Source: Octopus sinensis (taxonomy: Eukaryota). From it: a stretch of DNA of 64,000 nt. The position numbers and the translations under genes are program-made. The notes beneath the pieces are model-generated. The model saw nothing but the letters and a program-made list of their open reading frames with translations. It searched no databases and was not told the DNA's origin. Each line of letters starts with the position of its first letter. Position 1 is the first letter of the stretch. Of this stretch, positions 25,470 to 38,329 are shown in pieces. Location: NCBI RefSeq assembly GCF_006345805.1, contig NC_042998.1:11904001-11968000 (forward strand). Direction: 5' to 3'.

Positions 25470-25870
25470 TAGAATACCACTCAAGTGTTGGTGTGGATAT
25501 TACCAACGCACCACTATCTTGAAAACTACTGGACTTGTGCTTAAATCAGAAACCATTAGAAGGCAGTCTTTCTTCAGATTATCTACATTCTAAATTCGAA
25601 TTTCGCCGATGCCAGCTTAGTCATTTATTTTCTCAGGATAGATAAAATAAAGTGTCACTCAAGTACTGAAGTCGACGTAATCGACTGTCACCAGCGGTAA
25701 AATTACTGGCCTTCTGCTAAAATTCGTAACAATTTTCCGCCGAGGCCGACTTTACCTTCCAGTCTTACGCAGTCGATACATATCCTTGAGCACTGAAATC
25801 GCTGTGTTTGACTTACCCGCGTCCCTGAAATTGTTGACTAATTTAATTTGCCCAAATTTAAAACCATTAT
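25470..25870. mobile_element. Cluster of old SINE family B-like fragments
   Basis: Repeated degenerate gccgaggccgactttaccttcc and gatcgataaaat motifs. Confidence 0.5.
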
Positions 25871-26429
25871 TCGAATGTAAAATGTGAGATAAATTTGTGA
25901 GACTTAATAGTTTTAGTGTTCCTTGATGCATAATATATTTCTTGAGCTGTCCAAAATTATTAGACGAATCTTATTCTCTGACGTACGTCACAGTTATCAA
26001 CTACATAGATTAGATCACCTTAATTTCCGAGAAGAGTTATTACTTTCTGTGCTTTATGTTTCGTACAAAACTTTTCATTAACATACGTTGGGATTTCAAA
26101 AATGTCATCATTTGAAAATGACGAAACAAAGTTACGAGTATGTTATGTATTTGCCCAGTCCTGTTAGTATTTATACAACTTAATACGGTGATTAGAAACA
26201 AAATGTATATTTGGTTTCAGGATTTAGTATATCAGGAGTACTACTTTATTTTCTGTTTGTTCAGAAAGCTCAAAAAGTTGTTCGTAATGCAAGTATTGTT
26301 CCATGAATCTTCCGTTTATATTTCAACGGCATTTCAAAGCAATTGAAATATGATACAGCTGAAGGTGGATAGATGACAACATATGCTTAATATGTTTTCT
26401 GTACAACAAATAAAAACTCGCCGTGTCTG

Positions 26430-26680
26430 TGAGTATGTATGTATGTATTTATGTATGTATGTATGTATGTATGTATGTATGTATGTAGGTATGTATGTAT
26501 GTATATATTTATATATATATATAACATACATATATACATATATATATTCATTTATACACATGTATATATACATATATACATATATATTTATACATATACA
26601 TATATACAAATATATGTATATACACATAAATATATATATATATGTACTTATAAATATACATATACACATACACACACATA
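26430..26680. repeat. (TATG)n/(TA)n microsatellite
   Basis: Direct reading. Confidence 0.9.
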
Positions 26681-26696
26681 CACGCCCATATATACA

Positions 26697-27100
26697 TATT
26701 CTTTTATTCTTTTATTATTTTACTTCTTTCAGTCATTTGCCTGCGGCCATGTTGGAGCACCTCCTATAGTCGAACTAATCGAACCTAGAACTTATTCTTT
26801 ATAAGCATAGTACCTATTCTATCGGTGTCTTTTGCCAAACCGCTACGTTACAGGGATGTGAACACACCAATATCAAGTGTCAAGCGATGGGGGTGAGGGT
26901 AAACTCAGACACACAAGCATACATATATATATATATATATATATATACGACGGGCTTCTTTCAGTTTCCGTGTACCAAATCCGTTCACAAGACATTGGTC
27001 GGCCCGAGGCTATAGTAGAAGATACTTCTCCAGGGAGCCACTGAAGCAGTAAACATGAGGTTGGAAGCAAGTGTCTTACCACACAGCCATATCTGCGCCT
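26697..27100 (-). mobile_element. SINE family A with internal deletion in the head
   Basis: All modules present; the B-box region is altered. Confidence 0.85.
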
Positions 27101-28368
27101 ATACATATATACATATAAATATACATACATATACATATATGTATATATACATATATATACATATACGTATACATACATACATATGCAAATATATATACAT
27201 ATATCTAACTGGTCGACAGTTAGATTCCAAGATCAAAGATAAGGCTGATAAGGCTGGATCTAGGGATCCGTATTAGGGCTTCCTTATAGCAGATATATAT
27301 GTTATATAAGAGAAAAAAAACCCAAGGCAGAACGAGTATTTGAAGTCATTTAGAATTATTTAATTAGGGTAATGTGAATTTGAATGCTTACAGCCGTTTC
27401 TGGGTTAACCCAAGTGGTAGGTTAGTATGTCCACACATTGGGCATTCCATCAAGCTATGAATATTTTAGACAGGGGCAATTTACACTTTACGAGGAATGA
27501 AATTCACAGTTTATATGGAAGAATAAATGATTAAATAAATTACTAAAGAGTAAAGACAGGTAGAAGAATATAGGCAGGGGAATAATGTGAACAACTCATG
27601 TTTGTCCGGCGGATATGGATTTTGGTCGGTACTTCCATGGAGAAAGAGGTCCTTAGTTTAACTCACAGGTAAATCCAGGCAGTATTTTGACAGTATTTTA
27701 AATGATTTTTTCATTTTGCAAATGTGTAAATGAGAAAGTAAGATAAATAAGTTTTGTGAGTGAGCATACATAAGAGAGAAAGATAGATAGATGGAGAGAG
27801 TGTGAGGAGAAGGAGAGAGAAGAGAAAGAGAGAGGGAGGAGAAAGGAATAAAATAAGTTATGGGTAAAAGAGTAAAACAATATAAGAGAATAAAAATACA
27901 CAATAAAATAAAAGTAAATGTAATAAATAGAGTTATAAATGAGTTCTGTGAGTGGCTGTATATGTTTGAGAGAGGAGAAATGGAGTAAAAATAAGATAGT
28001 GGTAAATGAGAGTAAAAATAAGAATAAAGATAAACATAAAAGTAATGAGAGAGATTCGTCAGTATTGCTTCGGGATTAGAGGTCAGACTTTAGAGTTTCA
28101 GTAAGGGGTGGGGTTACAAACGACAATGTTATATTTAGAATTATATTTCAAGCTCGATAGCAATTTAAATGAGATGAGATACAGGATTAATACTTGAATT
28201 TTAAAAATTAAAAATTGAAACTTCAACTTAAAATTACAAACTAAGAAATAAAAAAGCTGAAACCTACAAAAACTAAAATCTATTGAAATAAAACTAGCTA
28301 GCTCTAAGATATTTATGTTGACAGAGAGGAAGAAAACAAATCCTCGGTACTTTCTGAAATGCTTATGA

Positions 28369-28407
<39 letters not shown>

Positions 28408-28483
28408 TTGATATATATGTATATATCTGTGTGTTTATATATATATATATGTACATATATAAAATTGATTTGAGATATATTTG

Positions 28484-29558
28484 AGGTTCACATATAGATT
28501 TATATATATTTATATATATATATATGTTCAGCCCTAGACCCAGCATGTATGAATATCTCCGAAAGTACATTCAATATATCAAGCATATTTACAATATACA
28601 CATATATAAAATATATTAAGTAATCAATACCTTAAAAATATACACATAAAAATATATAATTATATAGATACATACATTAAAATATATTGAGAATTGAATA
28701 CACCTATATGTCGACTTACGGATTGCAAAACGAAGTCGTACAAAGAATCTTGAAAAGTGTATGGGTATTGCTAATCCTATTGATAATCCTACGGTCGTTT
28801 CTAGGATTTCGGTTGTTCTGTCATATAATCTGTAAGCCCACCTGTTTACGTATTTAATTTTTCAATATATGTTTAATGCATATATCCATATGTTTATATA
28901 TTTTTATACGCATATTTTTGATGTATTGATTATTCCATATATTTTTATATATCTACTAGCAGTATCGCCCGGCGTTGCTCGGGTTTGTAAGGGAAATAAC
29001 TATATAAGCATTTTTAGAGAGTTACTTCCCTTATAAATTCGGGCTTTCTTAGCCATTTTTGTTTTGGTGTCTTCAAGCCATGAAGTCGTTGTTCTAAAAG
29101 AACGCTGGTTTCCTTCACAACGCATTACGACGTTGATTTCTTTACACTCCCTTCCCCACAGCTTCACGGGGGAGGGAAGGGGGAGAAGCAAACAGGTGCA
29201 GGTGTGACCATGGACGCCAACTCCGCCGCCATCGACACACGATGCATTTTATGCATTAAAATGGAATAAAAAATGATGTTAAATTATTTTTAAAATCGTA
29301 GACTCATCGTAGACGCGCGCTAATACTCAGACGGGCTCGATATGAATCACGACTATAAGATATCCGAATTTGGTTAAACTGCACCGCAAAATGTGGGAGG
29401 AGTTAGGAATCTAAATCGAAGGGGACAGACACTCACACAACTAGAGTTTTATATATATAGATATATTGTTAATATGTTTGATATATTGAATATACTTTCA
29501 AGGAAATTCATACATGCTGGGTCTACTGATTAATAAATATATATGTATATGTGAACCT
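28484..29558. repeat. Diverged foldback: left arm 28484-28701, right arm 28850-28955 plus 29462-29558
   Basis: agacccagcatgtatgaat / attcatacatgctgggtct and further arm matches; the right arm is split by the Helitron. Confidence 0.8.
28956..29461 (-). mobile_element. Non-autonomous Helitron (506 bp)
   Basis: Minus strand starts TC after A, ends CTAG before T, and has the subterminal hairpin cccgagcaacgccggg 8 nt before CTAG. No TSD. Confidence 0.85.
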
Positions 29559-29712
29559 GATTTCTCCAACTTAGAATCTTACTTGTACATTATTCTAACG
29601 CCTCAGGTTGAAAATCCTAAGCACTTCAAAGTGAAGTCTATGTATTGCATGAAATAATTTTCTTTATAATCATATATGTATATATACTTATACATACACA
29701 CTCATATGTAAG

Positions 29713-29747
<35 letters not shown>

Positions 29748-31040
29748 ATTACAAATCTGTGATATTTACCAATAGATAAGCAACTCCTATTTCAGGATAA
29801 CATCTTGGTATGGTATACGCAGAGAAAATTAATTAAAAAATAATTAAAATAACATAAAATAAAATCAGTAAAATAAATACATCTTACCTGTTATTAATCT
29901 GTGGTGAAAGAAGATAGTACAAGTAATAGCAACACGTATTTCTGCGCTGGCAGGGTATGTATTAAGACTATAACTAATACATAAATCCACCAGTGCGTGC
30001 TCCAGGCTATGCATATTATTATTATACAGACACACACACGCATTTTATTAATTTTCTTTTGAGATTACAGTAAACTATTGTTTACGGCAACTAACAATAT
30101 TATGAACACCGGAGGCAAAAAAACTTTGTGATTTTCAAAGATTGTGTAGATGAATCTAATGTTCAACTTAGTAGTGTAAGACTGCACAACCTTTTGCATT
30201 TTCCTAGCCAAAATCAACAGAGCAATTGTACAATTTGCCAAGATCCGAGCATAGTTCTGAGCGACTCAGTAGCTTATTGCCTAATGATATTTAGCTTCAT
30301 CTTCTTTCCCAGCGCTACACAATACGTATCAGGAAGGGACTAAGATTGATTTATTTCACTATATTCCCACCCTTCATTGTTGTAGTTTGTCATTTGCTGA
30401 AATCAATAATATTTTCATAGATGCACGATATTTTTTTAATCCCCTATGACTTCCTTTAAATTTTTTTATAGAATAATAGATCAGTTGAAATTTGTATTCT
30501 TGTTGGTGAAGAAATAAATATATATAATTTGATTTAATTTTTTTTTATTGAATTCCATTTCTACAACGAGACTGAATTAGAAACTTTGATTTATAAAATC
30601 ATTTCGGCTTTAGAGATCTGAAATATAAACAAAATATAGTGAAATGTAATGAGAATATTTAAAAAAAAGCAACTGAAATTGCCATTCTTGTTTTTCTTAT
30701 AGGTCTGTTGTTTATTGCCATTTCATGGTAAACGCTGCTATCATATATTGAGATTACTAATATTTATATTTGCAAATAATATTACTAAGACGATAACTTG
30801 AAGTCTTAAGTTATCAGATGATGACTTAAACTTCAACTAAGAAAATGGAATTTTTGACAAGGAAATTAAAAGGAACGTTTCAGATCTATATTCAGAAAAC
30901 TCTCTCTTCGCTGTCAACATATATAAGAAGTCAATTAATTATGTTTTGACAGATGCAATTAGGGAAAAATAGTGCAAAATAAGAAAACTGATAACTTTCG
31001 ATTACAATAGATATCTTTCAAAAAGAACTACACGGTATAT

Positions 31041-31510
31041 TCTTTTATTCTTTTACTAGATTCAATCATTTGACTGCGGCCATGCTGGAACACCGCCTTG
31101 AAGGGATTTAGTCGAACAAGTCGACCCCAGGACTATTTCTATCGCTCTCTTTTGCCGAACAACTAAGGTACAGGGACATAAAGACATCAACACCGGTTGT
31201 CAAGCGGTGATGAGGAGGGTGTAAACACAGACACAAACACAAACACACACACATACATACACACGCACACACACACACACACATGCACACACACATACAC
31301 ACACACACTCACACAGACACACACACACACGCACACACACATGTATATTGACGTCCTGCTTCTTTCAGTTTCCGTCGACCAAATCCAGTCACAAGGCTTT
31401 GGTCGGCCCGAAACTATAGTAGAAGGCGCTAGCGCAAGATGCCAGGCAATGGGACTGAACCCGGAACTATGTTGTTAGGAAGCAGGCTTCTTACTACACA
31501 GCCACGCCTG
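31041..31510 (-). mobile_element. SINE family A
   Basis: Full module set with (CA)n core. Confidence 0.88.
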
Positions 31511-32006
31511 GAAAAGTGATAGTTTTTGAGTACAATGGATAGCTTTCAAGAAGAACTACTCGGCTTATGGATAAGATATAATCACATTTCAAAATAAAAT
31601 TGTAAAGGTCATTCATTGGAGCGCCTACGGTACATACTTTGCTACAGCTTGTTAAGCGTCAAGTGTTTCTAATTTTCATATAAGTTATTTAGAGCGCCAT
31701 AGGAAGTTGGTTGATTTAGTTTATATCTCTTTAAATGACATTCATTTCACAATGCAATTGTATTACTTCAATCTAGATCATTCGATTTAGCTATACACAA
31801 AAAACAAACGAATCTTTATAAATATTATTAGTAAGATAAACATTCCATGAGAAACTGAAAGATCTTGAACGTGAGTACAGTGTAGCAGTACGAAGTAAGA
31901 ACATTTCAATATATTCGTTAGATAATTAGCAACATTCGAGCGTCTCATGGTAGTTTGCCTTCTTATAAATAGCAATTGCATATCCTTCAAATCACAATCT
32001 ACCGTT

Positions 32007-32082
<76 letters not shown>

Positions 32083-32140
32083 TACATACATACATACATA
32101 CAAACATACACAAATAGATACATTCATACATACATGCATA

Positions 32141-32304
32141 GATATAGCAGTTGCTGTGTGGTAGGTGGTTTGCTTACCAACTACATGGTTCCGGGTTCAT
32201 TTCCAGTGCGTGGCACCTTGGGCATGTGACATTTACTATAGCCTCGAACCAATCGAACCCGTGTGAGTGGATTCTTGATAGACGGAAACTGAAAGAAGCC
32301 CGCC

Positions 32305-32344
<40 letters not shown>

Positions 32345-32572
32345 GTGCGTGTGTGTGTGTGTGTGTGTGTTTATGTGTCTGTATTTGTACCTCAATCCTC
32401 CCTTGACAACCGATATTGGTGTGTTTACGTCTCTGTAACTTAGCGATCCCGCAAAAGTGGCCGTTAGAATAAGTACTAGGCTCACAAAGAGTAAGTCCTG
32501 GGGTAGATTTGTTCGACTAAAGGCGGTGCTCCAGCATAGCCGCAGGCAAATGATTGAAATCAATAAAAGAAT
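32141..32572 (+). mobile_element. SINE family A
   Basis: Full module set. Confidence 0.88.
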
Positions 32573-33174
32573 ATATATATATATATATATATATTAACAG
32601 TTTGAAATCAGGCACAGATAAACAATTTGAAATCAGGTATTTCCACCTCAACTGCTCACAAAGAAGCAGTTGTATCGCTTCTCGACTTTATGAATGTGTT
32701 TTTCTCGTTCCAACTTGTCCTGGTACCAACAAGATATGAGAACAGTTTAGTAACTATACTAACACAATATACAATATTACAGTGGGAAATCCTTCTTTCA
32801 GTCCATGACATGGTTCCCTTTAAGCTGCGATTCCACGGGCCGAAAGCTAATCCTAGTGATCTCTCTTCAGCACACCCATTCAATACCATGGATCTCTTTG
32901 GTGCCGACTGGAACGCAATCTATCACATGTTGAGTGGTCTTTCACACGTGCCCTACCTCCTCCAGGATCAAAATATCTTGGCAGATCTTTGTTGACATTT
33001 ACAAACATATGTCCTAAACACACCCCACTAAGACCTGTGAAGAAAAATAAGTGCATTATTCCCTAAAACAGAAAAAAAGATTATCAGAAAAATAAAAAGG
33101 ACAAACAAAAAACGTAACAGTCATACATAAATTCAGCTGCTGTCACCCTTCTCGAATAAATATATATATATATA

Positions 33175-33405
33175 TATTTCTTTACTACCCACAAGGGGCT
33201 AAACATAGAGGGGACAAACAAGGACAGACAAACGGATTAAGCCGATTACATCGACCCCAGTGCGAAACTGGTACTTTATTTATCGACCCCGAAAGGATGA
33301 AAGGCAAATTTGACCTCGGCGGAATTTGAACTCAGAACGTAACGGCAGAGGAAATACCGCAAAGCATTTCGACCGGCGTGCTAACGCTTCTGCCAGCTCG
33401 CCGCC
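33175..33405 (-). mobile_element. SINE family B, full length, nested in the LINE
   Basis: Complete match to 12784-13011 in reverse. Confidence 0.9.
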
Positions 33406-34705
33406 TGTTGCCAGCTCGACATATATATATGACTTATAACAATGCATGAAGACCATCAGCAATAACCAAAGAACAGCTGAGGAGAAATGGGCCATTGAGA
33501 ATCAAACAACACAACCCCAAAGTGTTCATCTTTTTTGCAGAAAAACATAAGGTCACTGTCCCTAGTGTTGGCCCTCTAATTGATGAAAACGGAAATCTCC
33601 AAGAGAATGCCAAAACCATGAGTGAGATGCTGCAGAAACAGTACTACTCTGTTTTTAGCAATCCTGATATGGCTGATCTGGATTGTATCAGTAATGTTAA
33701 TCCTCAACACACAATATCGGACATAACGTTGGCGCCCCCGATGCCTTACCAGCGATAAACGAAATTAAAAACAATTCAGCAATAGGGCCTGATAGGTTAC
33801 CTGCTTGTGTCCTGAAGGTGTGTCGACACCAACTTACACCTCCTCTTGCTAATCTGTGGAGGAACTCAGTAGATGCTGCTTATATTCCTGACAACATTTT
33901 GTCCCAGTCTGTTGTCCCAGTCTTCAAAATGAGAAACAAGTCCTTGCAGTGAACTACCGGCCGATCTCACCTCTCATATCATCAAGGCATTTGAGAAGGA
34001 GGTAAGATCACAGATAACTCACCTTCTTGAAAGCAACAGACTGTCGAACCCCAACTAACATGGGTTCCGTAATGGAAGGAACTGTCTAACGCAGCTCTTG
34101 CATCACCCTAATGACATTTTGAGAGCTTTCGGAGAAGGCTCGAATACTAATGTCATCTACCTTGATTTCAGCAAGGTCTTTGACAGAGTGGGTCATAAGA
34201 TCCTCTCGAAAAATCTATCCACCATTGATGTCTCTGGAAAGTTACTACAATGGATCAAGTGTTCCCTGACAGCCAGAACCCAACACGCTGCAGTCAAAGG
34301 AATAAAATCAAGCCCAGCCAAAGTCAGTAGTGGTGTTTGACAAGGCACTGTGTTGGGCCCCCTCCTTTTATAATCTGCATCAATGACATTACTGACATCA
34401 TCAAGCACAGTAACTAAGAATCTTTGCAGATGATTCCATGTTCCAGAAGGTCATCAATGAAGTGGGTGACTAGGCATGCCTTCAGTCAGATCTACTGGCA
34501 GTCATCCAATGGGCGGAAAAGAATGATATGCTGCTGAACGAGGACAAATTTGAGTTAAATCACTTCAGAAAAGAGGATAACCTGAAATTCCCATACTCCC
34601 TTCCTTCAGGTGAAACACTCATAACATCCAACAACTTCAGAGACTTGGGAGTAATTGTGGATAACAACATAAGCTGGGCTGCTCTTATAAACAGCAAAGT
34701 TGACA

Positions 34706-34872
34706 TGAAAACAGACAGGAAGTTGTCACAGATCTTAATTAAGAACAAGGATCACATTACACTAATGAAGTACAGACAACTGACTCAACACTACAATAAA
34801 CTACCACACATGTACAGCTTTCCTAAGATTCACAAGGATGGTATTCCATTAAGATCTATAGTGAATGTGTTC
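34706..34872 (+). mobile_element. PLE RT fragment embedded in the LINE
   Basis: 34706-34815 matches 36574-36683 (2 mismatches in 110) and continues as YSFPKIHKDGIPLRSIVN. Confidence 0.88.
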
Positions 34873-35512
34873 CTGGATTCTCAGATCTTTCCAGTCGAGA
34901 GTTATACACACTATTATCCTTCTATTCTCTACTTTAACCCGACCCCACCTTGAATACTGTTGTTCACGGTGATCTCCCCATACGAAACAAAATATGAAAA
35001 CTGAAGCACCTCAATTACAAAAGAGATAGATGGCATGACAGGCCTTGGCTGTTGGGGTCGACTAGAAAAGCTCAAGTTTTATTATTTCCAACGCTGCCGT
35101 AGCGCTACATCATCTGCATAATGTGAAAAATATTCCATCAGCATTGAACCCCGTGCTATACGCCCACAACATAAATCATACTCGCATCACGTAAAGATAC
35201 AGCGCAATTATTTCACCTCAATTGGCCCCGCTCCATTTAACATTACACCAAAAACACATTAAAGCAGAAACAGACCCCATAAAGTTCAAGAAGTCTTTGG
35301 ACAAATTCCTTCAAAAAATCACGAATAAACCTCCTATACCCGGATGTCTCCGTAAACAACATCTCTCACCTCGAGTGGTCCATGTTGTTCTATTCCGGAT
35401 TTGAATGACTTTCCCAGGTGGTGCTATTAAGTTAGGCATGACCTGGGCGAATACTGACCGAAGCCTATCAAAGTATCAAAGTAAAGTAAAGTAAAGTAAA
35501 GTATATATATAT

Positions 35513-35657
35513 ATAACACTATACTTGTTCCACGTCCTCTCGTTGCTGTGTTTTCTCTTTGTGTTTCCATGTTTGGATTAACTATGTATATATATATATG
35601 TATATATATAAAGAGAAAACACAGCAACGAGAGGACGTGGAACAAGTATAGTGTTAT
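35513..35657. repeat. Perfect 48-bp inverted repeat around a (TA)n tract (family D, tail-to-tail)
   Basis: 35513-35560 is the exact reverse complement of 35610-35657. Confidence 0.93.
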
Positions 35658-35699
35658 TGGACGCTCAGGAAAGGAAAGAAAGAAGGACGATTTGACGTA

Positions 35700-37270
35700 T
35701 TATCTAATCGGTACGGAGCCGACATTAGACTTCAATGGAGACATAAATAAACTCCATCAAAAACTAGCTCGTCTAACTTTCATGTATAGATGTAGAGACT
35801 CAAAGCTAATACCACCTGGCTTGAATATCAGTGGATTCATATAAAGATAGAAGAGTAGCGGAAAAGGCGGGACGTGCCCTCGTCCGTGAGAGGATCCATA
35901 ACGAAATCAAAGAGAGAATATCTACATTTATTAGAAAAATAATCTGAGATGATGATAGAAAGGGATAGCCATAAAGATATCAAAAACTGAGGGAGATGAA
36001 ATAAGGTGCAAAGTGAGACGGGTACTAGAAAAAGCAAAACTTCCCAAACGAAGCATCACTATGGAAGAAACGTTCGCCAGCAGACAAAGGAAATGCTACA
36101 GTGGTGATGAACAAGTCTGACTATTCGGGAAAGAGAATCCAACAAGATCTAGAAAAGTCGGACATGGAAGAATTTGAAATGGTGAAGACACGCCAGATTA
36201 GGAAGTTTATGAAACTCAAATGTCAGAGAACGATGACTGAAGTCCATCACCCACCTGTGAAAGCAGCAATTAATGTAAGTAGCCGACATCTAGAAAGCTC
36301 TGAAGAAGCAGTACTGAACAAACTTTCAACTTTGCGACAACTATCAACCCCCTACTGATACCAAAGATAAAGATACCAAAAGCTCAAGGAGATGAACTAA
36401 GGTGGAAAGTGAGACAGGTACTCGGAAAAGCAAAACTTCCCAAACCAAACATCAAAGTTCGCCAGCGGATAATGGAAACGCTACAGTGGTGATGAACAAG
36501 TCTGACTTCTCGGAAAAATTGACAAGTCTTATAAGTGATAGTAGCTACAGCAAGGTAAAGAAAGACCCAACTCTGAAAACAGACAGGAAGTTGTCACAGA
36601 TCTTGATTAAGAACAAGGATCACTTTACACTAATGAAGTACAGACAACTGACTCAACACTACAATAAACTACCACACATGTACGAGGTTCAGCATATCAT
36701 CCATTGAGCCGCTTTCTTGTGAATATAATCAGTCCATTAGCAAGAAAGTCAACATCGTACGTAAAGAATTCCATCCGCTTCACAGAATTGATCATGGATA
36801 CCCCCATTGAATCCAACCAGATGGTGAGTCTAGATGTGATAAATCAGTTCACCAAAGTCCCAACTGGTGAAGCACTATCGATGATTCAAGAAAAACTAGT
36901 GACAGACATCCATCTAAAGGAATGTACAAGTATACTAATAAGAAACTTGATGGAAATGTTGCCCTTCGCTGTAGAAAAACTACCTACTTCCGTATGGACA
37001 CTGAGATATATCGACAAGAAGAGGGTTTAGATATGGGTTCGCCATTATCACCGATAATAGCCAATATATACATGGAATACTTTGAGAATTTGGCTTTAGG
37101 ATCAACACCACTAAAACCAACCCTAAGGCTGCGATATGTTGATGACACCTTTATACTCTGGCCCCACCAGGAAGATTTCCAAGTGCTGTTAGATCATGTG
37201 AACTCAATAAAGTCATCCATACAGTTCACAGTGGAAAAGGAAAAAGACAATCAGCTGGCATTGCTTGACG
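35700..37270 (+). mobile_element. Rearranged Penelope-like element (N-terminus plus RT), Penelope/Poseidon/Neptune type
   Basis: YRCRDSKLIPPGL, PADNGNATVVM, VSLDVINQFTKVP, GLDMGSPLSPIIANIYME, RYVDDTF, IQFTVEKEKDNQLALLD. Confidence 0.9.
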
Positions 37271-37494
37271 GAGCGGGACGTTTAAACTAAAAAGCGCACA
37301 CGAGCTAATGTAGTGAATATTTTAAAAATAGATTTTAAATGCTGTTTTCAATTGAAGATCACAAATCATGTTTATCATGCAAAGCGTGAAACCAATTGGT
37401 ATTGAAACATATATAACTTATCTTTGTATTCCAGTCAGAGGTAAGCCTGATTCTGAAATGTTCATTGCATGGCTCGTGCGTATATATATATATT

Positions 37495-38060
37495 ACAGAC
37501 AGCTGGCAGGATGGATACTGAGGTCCTTCAAGACAAGAGACACAGTAACTATGTTGACCTTCGTTTTCAACTGCCTGGACTACTTCTTTCAGTTGTGCAG
37601 TGGATGAGCTAGAAAACTACAGTTTTACTCCCTGAAACGAAGGTGTGAGAGATATGCAATAATATACATATGGAAAATCCTAGAATGGCTAGTACCTAAC
37701 TTTAGCATTCAGGGTTATACAAATGCCAGAACTGGCCGAATTGTGTCGAAATTCAGGACCAGGTACTGCAATAGTCTATGGTTCAAAGGCCTACAGCTCT
37801 CCAATTCCCTGCCACAAACATTAAGGAATTTGCATAACGTGGAAGTAGATGCCTTCAGAAAGGAATTAGACATCCTCCTCTCCACAATACCGGATGAACG
37901 AACTGCCCGACATGAGTAGAATCAAACTCTTTACATAACAAATGTACCAATAGCTGGGGCAAAGGCACATAGAGGAGTGGTGACAGGAAACACTCAGACT
38001 AAGGAGGTCAGAAAGACCATAGAGGTCCTTCAGCATGACCACAGCCGCATGACTGAAATG
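37495..38060 (+). mobile_element. CR1/L2-group LINE 3' fragment (family 2)
   Basis: AGWILRSFKTRD, YSLKRRCERYAIIYIWKILE; tail cagcatgaccacagccgcatgactgaaa. Confidence 0.85.
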
Positions 38061-38065
38061 AGTAC

Positions 38066-38125
<60 letters not shown>

Positions 38126-38329
38126 GTGTGTGTGTGTGTGTATGTATGTGTATACATGCATATATACATACAAAATTAAGAGGAATGACCACTAAAGTGG
38201 ACACATTATATGCTAAACATAGATGTCAAATCGTCATTACCATGAAGAATGTCATCTCAAGAAAAAATCTCAGCAAAAGCCCAAAATGTAAAAATAAGCA
38301 AGAGAAATGAAAATATACGAAATAAAAAG

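Larger units (their letters stand above)
32600..35500 (+). mobile_element. Degenerate CR1/L2-group LINE ORF2 (family 1), interrupted by a SINE and a PLE fragment; (GTAAA)n tail
   Basis: ADWNAI, NYRPISLTS, HGFRNGRNCLTQL, VIYLDFSKVFDRV, QGTVLGPLL, KIFADDS, RDLGVIVDNNISW, then the C-terminal DPIKFKKSLDKFL. Confidence 0.9.
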
